A stretch of DNA of 64,000 bases. Origin: Lytechinus pictus (Eukaryota). The notes beneath the pieces were generated by a model. It was not told the origin of the DNA. It did not search any database and saw only the letters and a list, made by a program, of their open reading frames with translations. Location: positions 8,558,001 to 8,622,000 of the forward strand of contig NC_087252.1 in the NCBI RefSeq assembly GCF_037042905.1, written 5' to 3'. A program made the position numbers and the translations under genes. Of this stretch, positions 11,262-23,532 are shown piece after piece. Positions within the stretch are counted from its first letter, which is position 1. Every line of letters starts with the position of its first letter.

Positions 11262-14051
11262 TAGTCCAGGATAGAAGAGGCATAACCTTGTTTTTTTTCA
11301 TATATACAATATTTTTTCATGGTTTCTTGTCAATTCGAGGGTGCTGATTACGAATCTGAATGATGCCACTGTAACCTTGAGCATTTTCCGCAAATTGGCA
11401 AAATCCAATATGGCCGCCAAAATATGCAAATTACCCATGAAAATCATAAAATTGCCAGCAGATTGGCTATAAAATGTATGTAATTATGTTGCAGGTGTGA
11501 AATACTCTGAAATAATGTTTTTTTGAAGACAAAAATATTTATTTTGTTGATATTCAAAAAGGCCGCCATATACCCTATTATGTACAATATGAATAGGGAA
11601 AACTAATTTTCACAAAAATGATCCCCAAACTGCAAATATTTGTGATCTATGGACGAAGTAATGTATGAAAATCATAAAGCTAACAAGATATATCATTTAT
11701 TATGTCATATGTGGGAAAATTGTTGCATTTTGTATTAAAAGAAGCCGCCACTGGCTCAAATATACTATAGCAAAGGCGGTCAAAAAGTCACAAGAGTGAG
11801 CACTAAAATGCATATTATGAAGATAAACGATTGGAATACTGACTAAAAACATAATTGTTCACAAAACATATTATTTAATATGCCATGTATGTGATAAATT
11901 ATGTATTTTGATATTCAAAATGGCCGCCAAAGGCTTCAAAGTATTATGTACAATATTAAGAAAGAGGACCAAAGAAATCCCCAAAGTGAGCACTAAAATG
12001 CATTTATTCATGTTATTTGTGATAAATAAATGGGATACTGTCTAAAAAAACATAATTTTTACGAAATATATCATTCAGGTTAAAAGTTTGTGTTAAATAC
12101 TGTATTTTGACTTTCAAAATGGCCGCCATAGACATTGATTGTATTATGTACAATGCGAACTGGATAATCAATTTTCACAGGAGTGAGCACCATAAATGCA
12201 CGTAATTTTGATCTATGAGTAAAATATTGTCTGAAAGCATAATTATCAGTAATAATATATCAGTTCTCCTGCCAGGTAGGTGATAAATACTGTATTTTGA
12301 AAGTCAAAATGGCCGCTACATGCCCTCACATTATTGTGTACAATGTGAATGGGGACAAATGATTTTAACAGATTTTTGCTTTGCTTGACTAAATGGTGGT
12401 GTCAGTGAGTAAAATATTGTCTGAAAACATGATTACTAACGAAATATATCATATTATATAAAATTTTGGTGATTAATGTTATATATCAAAATTCAAAATG
12501 GCCGCCATATGCCCTTTTGTGAAAATTATCTGTCCTCATTCAAATATTGTACATAATACAGTAAGGGTCTATATGGCGGTCATTTTCAATTTCAGAATGC
12601 AGCATTTATCACCTTCACTATTACACCAGATATGATATTTCTCGTTAAAAATCATGGTTTTAGACAACATTTCACTTTTACATCACAATTATATGCAATA
12701 CTTATAGTCAAGCAAAGCCAAATTTTGCCAAAATTATATGTACCAAATCACAATGTACATAATACTTTTAGGGCCTATGGCAGCCATTTTGAATTTCAAA
12801 GTACAGCATTAATTACCTCCATGACCAATATGTGATGTATTTATTTAGAAATCATATTTAAGACAATATTTTTACTCGTTCATCAGAGTTACATGCATAT
12901 TTTATGATTCCCACTGAAAATAAGTTTTCCTAAACGCATGTATTTAGTTAGGGTTTGTAGCGGCTATTAATTTTGAATGTCAGTGTTTATCACTAACATG
13001 GCAGAAGAAATGCTATATTTGATAAGAATCAAGCTTTCAAATAATATTTCACTCATACAAAAGGATTACATGGACTTCATAGCCAAGCAAATCCAAATTC
13101 TTACAAAATTACATGTCCCCATTTACATTGTAGATTATACTGTCAGGGCCTATAGGGGCCATTTTGAATTTAACAATACAGCATTTATCTCGTGCATGAC
13201 CAAAGAAATTATATATTTAGCTAGAAAACATGTTTTCAGACAATAGTTTACTAGTATTTCACAATTGCATGCATTTTATGTTCTTATTCTTGTGAAAATT
13301 AGTTTCTCCATTAGCATTGTACATAATGTATAATGGGCCTATATGTGGCGGCCATTTTGAATTTCAAAATGCAGCATTTAACACATAAATTGCATTTTAA
13401 ATAATATATTTCGTTAAAATTGTGTTTCTAGCCAGTATTCCACTCGCTTATCTTAATAACATACATTTTAGTACTCACTCTAGTTATTTTCTTTTGTCCC
13501 CATTAACATTATACATATTACTGTCAGGGCATTTGATGGCTTTTTGAATACTAAAATGCTTCATTTATTACATACATGACATAACAAATGACCCATTTCG
13601 TAAGCAATCATGTTTTCGTCCATTAGTTCACAAAAAAATCACAATTACTTGCATTTAGTGGTCACTTTTGTGAAAATTATTTTCCCCATTCATATTGCAC
13701 ATAATGTTGAATACAGCGGTCTATGGCGGCCATTTTAAATATCAAGAAAATAAATATTTTTTTCAAAAATAGTTTTTTTCTGATAGTATGTCACTCCTGC
13801 AACACAATTTCATACTTTGTATAGCATGTATAGCCCATCTGCTGGCAGTTTTATGATTTTCATGGGTAATTTGCATATTTTTGGCGGCCATATTGGATTT
13901 TGCCAATTTGCGGAAAATGCTCAAGGTTACACGAGTGGCATCATTCAGATTCGTAATCAGCACCCTCGAATTGACAAGAGACCATTGAAAAATATTGTAT
14001 ATATGAAAAAACAAGGTTTGGTCAATTTTCGATGGGGCCTATCCTGGACTA
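11262..14051. mobile_element. 2.8 kb non-autonomous foldback DNA transposon, Academ-like
   Basis: Termini TAGTCCAGGATAG / CTATCCTGGACTA, 3-bp flank ATA on both sides, and ~300 bp of closely matching TIR. Internal ~190-bp subrepeats carry aaaatggccgcc and flip orientation near 12510-12570. Confidence 0.88.
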
Positions 14052-17000
14052 ATAAGTATAAACGGACAAAGTGGATTATAATCACCTTCACATTTTTTTA
14101 CAGACGTTACCAAAATAGTAGAGTCAGAAATAGCCGGTTTCCGGTGTATCATTACATTTTAACCATTGAAAATATATAACCTTAAGTGTCTAGCGAATTA
14201 ATTTATACGTTTTCATTGCAGATGACCATTAAGAATTTGCTATTATGACGGCCATCTTTGACTTTTTATGGAAAAAATAACCCTTTTAAACAAAATACCA
14301 TGTATATTGTCAATGTACATTATTCGATATTGCTCTAAAATGATACCAGTGTGCCTGTGACAAGAGATTTCTCTTGTCACAGGCACACTATACCAAATTG
14401 CTTCTTGGACTTGTTGGAATATCAATGCCTTGCTCTACCGTGTAAACTGAAATTACTTAATTGCAATTCTCAATCTAGGGAAAACTGAACAATTGCGGGA
14501 CTCTTTGCTCTGATTGTAAGCTCAGACACCAATGATGATATAATGTTTCGCTATGAACTTTTGAATTTTTGGTGCATTGTACTGTTAATATTTATAAGAC
14601 GTGGATTTAATTGAATTGGTTTTCACAATGATCTAAGACTTTGTTTACAACCACTTTCTGTTCTTCAGATTTTGAGTATTGTCAATCATGAGCATACGGC
14701 CACAACAAGAATTATTTGTTTTTGTACTTTTTTTTCAAAAACAGTAATGTAAAAACTACACCGCCGGTTTTAAAGAGGATGATCATAACATGGAGTACCT
14801 CAATGATCATACCAAGCATTGTACACTACAGCGTATCCCACAAACCTGTCAGTGGCACTTTAACTGAGTATAAAGTGAAATTACTAAATCCTATTGTATA
14901 TAATTTATGCAATCATAAATTAGCATTTTTTCATACAACTGGCTTGAATTCCATGCGATATTATTCATTAAACAAAGAGAGATGGGCCTTCTTTCAGATT
15001 TCATGAGAAAACCTCTGTCCAAGTTTCGTTATTGCGTTGAATAAAGTACGCACCCAATCACGTCTTCATTTATCTATTTCCTTTTTTAGAGGAAAATGAA
15101 GGTTTAAGAAGATTGGCATGACATCTTTAATCAAACGTGATTAATCAAACATGAAATTGACACACGGTTAGTGACTTGCGGTTGATTTTTAGTTGTTTTT
15201 AAAGTCAACACTTTCTGCAACAGGCCCCTGGACTAGCATTATGCAATCGAGAACATTCTGTTAAAATATTCGATCCGAATAAAGAAATATCTTTTAAGTC
15301 ACTGGTTCTTGAGCTCAGAATCTTTCATTGAGCTGATGGTGCCCATTGTGCTGACTGTGCCCTCAGAGTCTCTATGTAGGATTAGAGAACAAGAGAAAAA
15401 AAATACACGGGGTTGGGCAGGGCCCTGGGAACGATATTTTAACCGGGGGCGCTGATGTAAATTTGACAAGCAAAAAAAAATCACAAAAAAATGAAGGTCA
15501 CTTTGGTCCTGAGAAAGGGGGGCACTTAAAATTGTGTTACATTTTTTTAATTTATATTAGAATCCCAGGGGGTGCTGCAAATGAAGAATAATACACGCAG
15601 CACCCCCAGTCCAACCCCCGCTTCCCAGGACCATGCCCCCTCCCTTCGCTGACTATTAAAGTGATGTGTCATGTGAAGTGCCCGAAAGGATTACATGGGG
15701 CTGAAAATATCCCGTTTTCAAAATAATCGGTTCCAAAGATATTCTGTACTATATTAGAGTTTTATCTATTTTAGTTTAGCGAAATAGGCAACCTACTCAG
15801 GATTACAAAAAAGATGCTGAATAAATTCTCAACCCGAGCTTCGCTCTGGCTTTTTTTCTTTTACAAATGAGATAAACAGCTGGCTATCTGTTAAAAGACA
15901 TGCTATTGTCAGGTTAGAAAATGCAAACTTTTTTGCTTACCCTCGCGCTCGCATTGTTTAGGTAAATACGCATCAAGTTAATTATTAAACAAATGTGATA
16001 TATCCCCCCAATATTTTAAGTGGGGGGGGGATGGCCTGTATTATCACCCCCCCCCCCAATAATTAAGGGTAGAAAATTATAATAATGATGATGAAAAAAT
16101 GAAAAGTATGATCATGATGCTAATAGTGATGATTATAGTATGCCATCAATCAGTTTGTTTCCCTCGCAATTTGTGTATTTTTTTATTAAATAAAAACATT
16201 CTTTTCCAGGACTTTTAAACAGATGGGTGGAGGTTCAAGATAAAAAAGAATGAAATGTTTATGTATATGATATTTTTTAACACATGACATAAAAGGACCC
16301 CGACGAAAAATAACTTTTGTTGATAGGGTGTTCCATCCCATCAGTGGTGAATAAATTAATTTTAATAAATCAATTAATTCAAAAGGGTGGGAAAATAAAC
16401 GGGAGTAAAAGGGTGGCAAGATAAACGGGGAAAACACCATGGACGTAAATCCCAGAGGGGTAGATCTTGAAAAGTACAAATAACTTTTCTCAGATTTACC
16501 CCTCCCAACATCCAAGTGCATGATGTTTGTCCCATTTAATCTACAACCCTTTTGAATATCACTTCATTTTTGTTATGTAAAATAAGTAAATCGCCAGGCA
16601 TTGCTGTCATATAAAGTTATTTGCAATGAGGTCTGACATGAGGCGAAAGATTTTCGGACATTATTGAGACTACCTGAAATAGATGTTGTTCTATTTCACC
16701 CTTTTTCTTATTCATTCCCAGAAAATTCAAAGAAAAAGAAAAATACCTTTGCGTTTCTATAGAGTATAGGCTAATCACTTCATTTATTTGCCTGGTTATA
16801 CACACTTTACCGATGTATGTCATGGTATAGTATTGTTATATATTAAGTTCGGCATTCAGTAAACCTTTGAACAAGAAAATATACCAAAAGGAAGATGTGC
16901 ACAAAACGAAAGTCAGCCCTACTTGTATATCCAAATACTTTGACTTGAACGCCTTTTGGATAGTGTTACTCTGAAGCCATGTACAAAGTTTCATGAAATA

Positions 17001-17104
17001 ACTATTGGCAGAAGTAACAAAAACCGTCCATGAAACAAACCCTCATTTCATATTTGTTAAAATTTTGACTTCGTCTCTCATAGACTTGTGTACATTATGG
17101 GTGC

Positions 17105-18170
17105 ACATGTTTAAGAATAAGTAACCCCTTATTCAATATGGTGGAACTTTTTTTCACGGCTGTCTTTAGCAACGTCACTTGGCAGTAATGTTTATCAACC
17201 TATGGGCAGAATCCTGTGCAAAAATGAAATCGATTTGATTATTTATGGATGAGTGAGCACGCATCAAAGTGGGAAAATTGGTATTTTCAATGTCACAGTC
17301 TCATTTTAAAGGGTAATAAAGTGAATATTGGGGGCAAATTCGGTTTCAAATAAGACTTAAATTGCTATTGTTTATCATCCATCATTTCTATCACCACACA
17401 CTTTCCGAACTTTAAACATTTTCATGGTTGAGCGAGCACATTCGAAAACTTAGGAATGAATACTTTTTATACTGCATAAATGTATTATTTTCCTAATAAT
17501 TTCTCATGATCAGTTTAATTTATGGACAAATCAGTGGTGGGTCCAGAATTTTAAAATGGGGGAGGGGCCTATAATCGGGGTAGCCACCAACATTTTCAAA
17601 TTTTAACATGATCTAACAAGTTGTAGAGGATACTACCATAAACCCCTATGATGATACGTCACAATACAGGTGCCGGGCAAGGGTTTACAAAGTGGGGGGG
17701 GGGGGCTGACAATGCAAAAAATCACAATCGTATGGTCATTTTTACATTTTTATACATGCTTTTGGAAAAAAGTGGGGGACTGAAGCTCCCCGCCCAGCCC
17801 CCCCCCCTCGCTTCCGCGGCCCCTGCAATACATTGTGCTCACTCAACCATGAACATATGATATCAAAATTGTGTGTGGAGTGGCCAAATGATGGATATTA
17901 AAACAGCATAACACCATAAAATTCACCTAAAGACAACATTTGCCCAACTTTGTATTTGCACAATCTGAAAAACGACTCTTGTGACTTTCAAAAATGGTAA
18001 TTTTTAATTCAATCTTTAATTACTCATGCATGACTCAACCGATCAATCTTATATTTCTCCAGGAGTTGCTGAATGAGTGTAAAAAAACACCTACGGAATA
18101 TCATATCTCAAAATAATTCCGTTCAATAGTTACAACAATTTGATTTAGGGGGAATTACTTTTTTTGTGTG
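17105..18170. mobile_element. Old, diverged foldback element with nested short MITEs
   Basis: Inverted similarity such as catggttgagcgagcaca (~17425) vs tgtgctcactcaaccatg (~17835), and aagtaacccct (~17120) vs ggggaattactt (~18150). Confidence 0.5.
17668..17825. mobile_element. Short MITE (CAGGGGCCGCGGAA family); second copy inverted at ~26634-26778
   Basis: Shared internal text aaaatcacaatc.tatggtcatttttac and terminus ttccgcggcccctg. Confidence 0.75.
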
Positions 18171-19219
18171 TATATATATATATATATATACACTGGTGAA
18201 CAAATACCTCACAGTTGCAATCTGTTTAACAGTATGTGAACACAGATCGAGTGATTAACGAATACCACACATTTGCAACCTGTTTCGCAGTGTGGGTACT
18301 ACGTGGATCTATATGAACCCACTGTGCTGAACGAATACCACTGTTGCAATCTTTTTCACAGTGTACATAGTGGAACTATACATATGATAATACTTCCAGA
18401 TATCTAAAGTCATCACAATAGTTGAAATTTGACCGTTGCCATGGCAACGGCTTTTCCCCTAGAAATAAATTTCTGTAAGAAAAACAGAATCTGATTTCCC
18501 CCTACCCCTTATTTATCGGTGCTGATCAAGGAAGTACTTGTTGCTAGCCATGTATAAATAGTTGCACACACTTTTAGGCCATTACCATGGCAACCGAATA
18601 ACCCCTAACTTGATACAAAATAACATGTAAAAAGATGATAGTGGAAAATACAATACAATCGTATTTTTTGCTCTGATTCACTAAATAAAGCTCCTAGAAT
18701 GCTATTTTTGGTGAAAATTTTCTTTATAGCATTCCTAACAATTGTGAATGAAAAAAGATTCTGGTACTTTTATTTTATTGTTTTTTTTAATTTCTTATGT
18801 ATTTCTTTGTTTTTTTTTACTTTTTGTTTTGTTTATTGTCTTTTCGATGGAAACCGTTCCAAACTTAAATCATAAACAAGGCAAAATTAATTAAGTTTAA
18901 TCAGTAAAAGTAGAAATAATGATACATTTATGATTTTTGGCCAAGTACACAATTTGCATTGGATTTGTACATGAAATCACGTTTATGAGCAATTTTGGGT
19001 CTGACATGCACTCACATAATGTTGCGTAATGTCGTAACCGCGTACCCGGGCGTCACGAATTTGGTCTCAAAATTTGCGCGAGACTTGAAAGTAAAAAGTC
19101 AGTGAGCGGCGAGGTAAAAAAAATTCGCGAAGCAGATATATCGCGAAGCAGATATATCGCGAAAATTGTCGAGGGGGGGGGCCATTATGGCCCCCCCCCC
19201 CCCCGGGAGAATTAGGGTT

Positions 19220-20207
19220 AAAATATTCAGACCTAAAAAAGGACATTATAAGCAAGTTTTTTGTAATCATGATCTGTCTCGCTAAACAAACAATGCGAGC
19301 GCGAAGCGCGAGCTGAAATTTTTGTATACATTGACCCAAACAGGGACATTTTAAGGACTATATTTTAGGAATCCATTTAGAGTATAAATATCTCAGCATA
19401 GTCATCTAATGCTAGTGCAATCCTTTGCTGATTTTGTTAGAATTACATCTGAACACATTAAGCACTTTTTGTAGTCATTGCAATCAGGATTATCATACGC
19501 ATCTCACTAATCAAATACTGCGAGCGCGAAGCGCGAGCTGATTTTTTTTTTGTAATTCACACCTGAAGAGGGGCATTCTAAGGCTTGTTTGTAGGAATTC
19601 ACAAAGACCTAACGTATTTCACTAACCAAATGATGCGAGTGCGAAGCGCGAGCTGAAAAGTTTTGATATTCAGATCAGAAAAATTGACATTTTAAGGACA
19701 GATTTTAGGAATTTATGAAGAGCAGACATCTCACCAATAAACTAATGCGAACGTTAGCACGGACAGGAAATGTTTTATATTAAGACCTTAAAATAGGGCA
19801 ATCACTTTAAGTAGTCATGAAAAAGAAGCAAATGTCACTACATAAAACAATAATAACTCGAATTGCGAGGAAATATATTTGGTGTATATTGTTTTGAAAA
19901 CGGGAGGTTTTAGTACAACAGGATCATATATCCCGTTAAACAGTCTATGCGAGCACCAGGAACAATGAAGACATAGGCCCTTAGCGAATAATGTTTCATA
20001 ACGTTATGAAAAAAATGCTTCTTATGTAATATAACATAACATAATATAATATAACATTTCAATGAACAATAATTTCTTCTTTCCCCACTACGTTTCTCTT
20101 CCTTTCTCCCTCTTTTTCTCCTTTTCCCCGTTTTTTTTTTTTTTTTTTTGGCCAGCCGATTGGGGGGCACGTGCCCCCCCCATGCCCCCCCGTAGTTACG
20201 CCACTGT
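19220..20207 (-). mobile_element. Non-autonomous element of the CAGTGGCGTA-terminus family with gcgagcgcgaagcgcgagctg subrepeats
   Basis: Terminus tagttacgccactg at ~20193-20207, with subrepeats at ~19295, 19519 and 19634. Related pieces occur at ~7800-8900, 10690-11150 and 57252-61535. Confidence 0.65.
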
Positions 20208-20837
20208 ATACATGTAATCCACCACACTGTAGCCATATCTGAAATATGGTAATGCACATAAAATTTCGACTTCAACTACCTTACACGTGAGCCGCCGCGC
20301 CTACCACGACACACACGGCACAATGCGGTATCATACAAATTAGTGCCAAGCAGGGAGAGACACGCTTATATCACAATCCAAAGTAGATATGAAAAACAAT
20401 TTCGGAGACATCTTCGTCAATGAATCGTGTGTTTGAAGCATACAAACTCTTGTGAAAACACATTTAGGCTATTAAGTATTTGAAAAGGTGGTATATTCTA
20501 TGGGAAGGGGAGAACCAATTCAACTGTGTTCCTTAGCCATTTCTGGGAGGATACGCTTCGGCAGTCTCCTTTGTTGGGGCCAAGATTTCATCAAAGGAAG
20601 ACCGTTCTTGACCATTCATTTCTATAAGCGTAGGGGGGATTTTAGGTTCCTTCAGATTTGCGTGTGCAATTTAGCTTGACCGAAGTCGATAGATCATCAG
20701 CACTGATATTTGCCCCAGAAGTCGCGGCAGTGATTCTGCCACCAGAGACGACGCGTGTTGCATTCTTCTGATCAGGCCTTCATACAATTATAGGATTGGG
20801 ATATATTTAGGATAAGACAGTGATTGTGAGTTTAGAA

Positions 20838-20980
20838 ATGAGGCTTCTGCTAGCATTGTTCGTCGTTGGAGTGGCCTGCTGTGGATTTTTCGTGTCTGTA
20901 CAGGTCTTCTCGAACCAACGTCATTTGATTACAACGCCAATCTACGGACGAGATTACTGGAACAATCCAGATTCAGAAAG
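20838..20980 (+). CDS. Sulfotransferase gene B, putative first coding exon (signal anchor)
   Basis: MRLLLALFVVGVACCGFFVSVQVFSNQRHLITTPIYGRDYWNNPDSE, donor AAG|gtttgg, phase 2, which matches the phase-2 acceptor at 52517/52518. It lies downstream of a relatively GC/CpG-rich stretch (~20290-20780) and is not in the ORF track. Confidence 0.65.
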
Positions 20981-21267
20981 GTTTGGGAAATAATCTTGTT
21001 CTTCTCTGTTATCTGTCTAAAAAAAACCCACAATCGTAGTATTGATTATTTAAGCATTTGAAGTTTGACTTGACAGTCCACCACACCACATAAATATATA
21101 TATATATATATAGATATATATATATATGTAAAAATCAAGGTCCTGGGTCGGTTGTGGTAGTATAAAGCAAAATACAAGGTGAATAAAACAACCGTAGAGA
21201 GAAAATATGGATCAAGCCCTATGATGAAGCCCTATGGGCTATATATGTGTGGGTGTGTGTATGTGTG

Positions 21268-21298
<31 letters not shown>

Positions 21299-22090
21299 GC
21301 ATATGTATACACACACACACGCACACACATGCTGTCAGCTAACAGCCGAACAAGGGGAAGATCCAGCAATTTCCATTTTCCAGGGGGAGGAGGGGCGGCA
21401 TTATTGTTTGCAAATTGTTCAATGATAAGCAAAAAAATGTCTCCACTCCCGAATAATGGTGATTTGTTTCCAGAAAAAAATTGACAAGCAAAAAAAAAAA
21501 AAAGCGGGAATAGAACGGATCACTTGTATATGCATGAAATTTTCCATTAACAAGTTTTTTTTATGGCCGGCCCTCAAAAAGTGGGTGGGTCGGATGTGCT
21601 CCTACCCGAATCCGCCACTGACCTGATGGATCTCCGACCCTAACAAAGGAAGATACAAAAGACGGGGAGAGAAAGGTAACACATAAAAAACACTAGCTAA
21701 TAATGAAAATATAATAAAGTGGGAAATAAAGGTCTTGTGACTATAACAACACTAAACAGATTTCACTATTACCCATGAATACACCAACTATACACACAAC
21801 CGTGAACATGGCGAGGCGCAGGAGCGAAACTACACGCGACTATGGCAACAGCCCAAGAAACATTGGTTCCGAGTAGTGTTTATTAACCATCAACAGAAAC
21901 ACAAGGATGATGATGGTATACACGGGACGGAGGTAATAAAATATGCGTACATGGCGTATGGCCCCAGTATCCATGGTATCGTTAAAACATGTAAAAATAG
22001 AATCGACTCGGAGGCTAAAACATGCATCATGCCAGACAAGAACGAAGTATCGTTGCTGTGCATTGGTGCACACTCATTTCAGTTAGTATA

Positions 22091-23303
22091 GGTTTTCCCG
22101 TCCAATTTCGTCAAAATTTCAACCGATTTAATGATGTAATAATTCATTTTGCAACTAATTTGAATGACCTATGAGATCAGCATTTAAATATCCAAATACT
22201 TAATTCAATTTAATTCTATTGGCACGCGATTTCATGGTTATCTCATTGAAACATGTATAAAATTTTAATCACGATCAAATTAAATAGCTGAAGAAGTGTT
22301 TTCAAATTCGCACCGGTACCTTCCTTTAGGAATTCAAAATCATTAATATGCAATCACTTATATGATATGGACAGTGTTTTTCGTTGTTGTTGTTTACTTC
22401 TTTTGAATAATTATGGAAATGGATTTTACTCCTAGATTGGATGTTTACAATTTTACTGAAATGTATCAATCATTTGACAAACCATCATCGGAACAACTCG
22501 TTTTTGTGCCACAATACCATGTTTCTTATCCCTACCCCAAAACAATATAAATTACAATTATGTAAAATAAAAAAAGAACAAGATGATGAAGAGAAAATAC
22601 CTGCCATTGACATAGGTCACCCACCCATTCACTGGCGGATCCAAGGGGGGACGAGCACAGCTGACTCGTGCCCCCCCCCCCCCTTTCGGCACAATTATTT
22701 TTTTTCGTGGACGAAATACGCTTATTCTTTGGTTAAAAACATTTTTTTTTGCTCGTCAAATTCCTCGGGAAAATGTGCCCCCCCTCCTTTGGGGAAATCC
22801 TTGATCCACTCCTGCACCCACTCATCAATCACTAAAAGAATTAGCGTTCACAACCATATCCTATAAGTTTTACATGAATAAAGTCTTTATCAAACATAAT
22901 GGAACAAAATTATTTTCACTGAAAGGTTAGAAAAAATAGAGAACTAGGGTAAATTTAAAAAAATTGTATAACGTAATGAAAATAAATGAACACAGAAACA
23001 TGCTATCTAAATTTGGACGTTTAAAGTGCAATTGTGTGTGCCGATAAATGAAATTGAAAATGGTATTTTAGGCGAAATTAAATGATCAGTTCGTCGTCGC
23101 GAAATTAAATGACACCTTTGGGCCATTAATTTGAACGAATTTCTCTCTAAATTGAATTTTTACAAAATTCAAAGGAATGATATAGAACGGAATTGAATGC
23201 AAAATAAATGAAAATGAACCATGTGTGCAGAGGGTGGACGAAATATTTTGAACGTCCTTTCATTAATTTAAATGCAACTCTGATGAAATTGGACGGGAAA
23301 ATC
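22091..23303. mobile_element. TIR element flanked by TATA
   Basis: ggttttcccgtccaatttcgtca / tgatgaaattggacgggaaaatc, with TATA on both sides. Confidence 0.75.
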
Positions 23304-23532
23304 TATATTAAGATCAGTCCATCTTTAAACACTAAAGGCACTGGTGTCGATCTGTGACGTCATAATATTCATGGAGGTGAAACAATAGATCATCCCCCTC
23401 TTGAACAATAGATACACTGCTTGGATCGACACCAGTGACTATAAACCAATAAACCACTAATCTTTTAGATCATGGTTTGGTTATTTATACATAGGCCTAC
23501 TGTCATTAAGTAAAAAAAAGAAATTACGGTAG

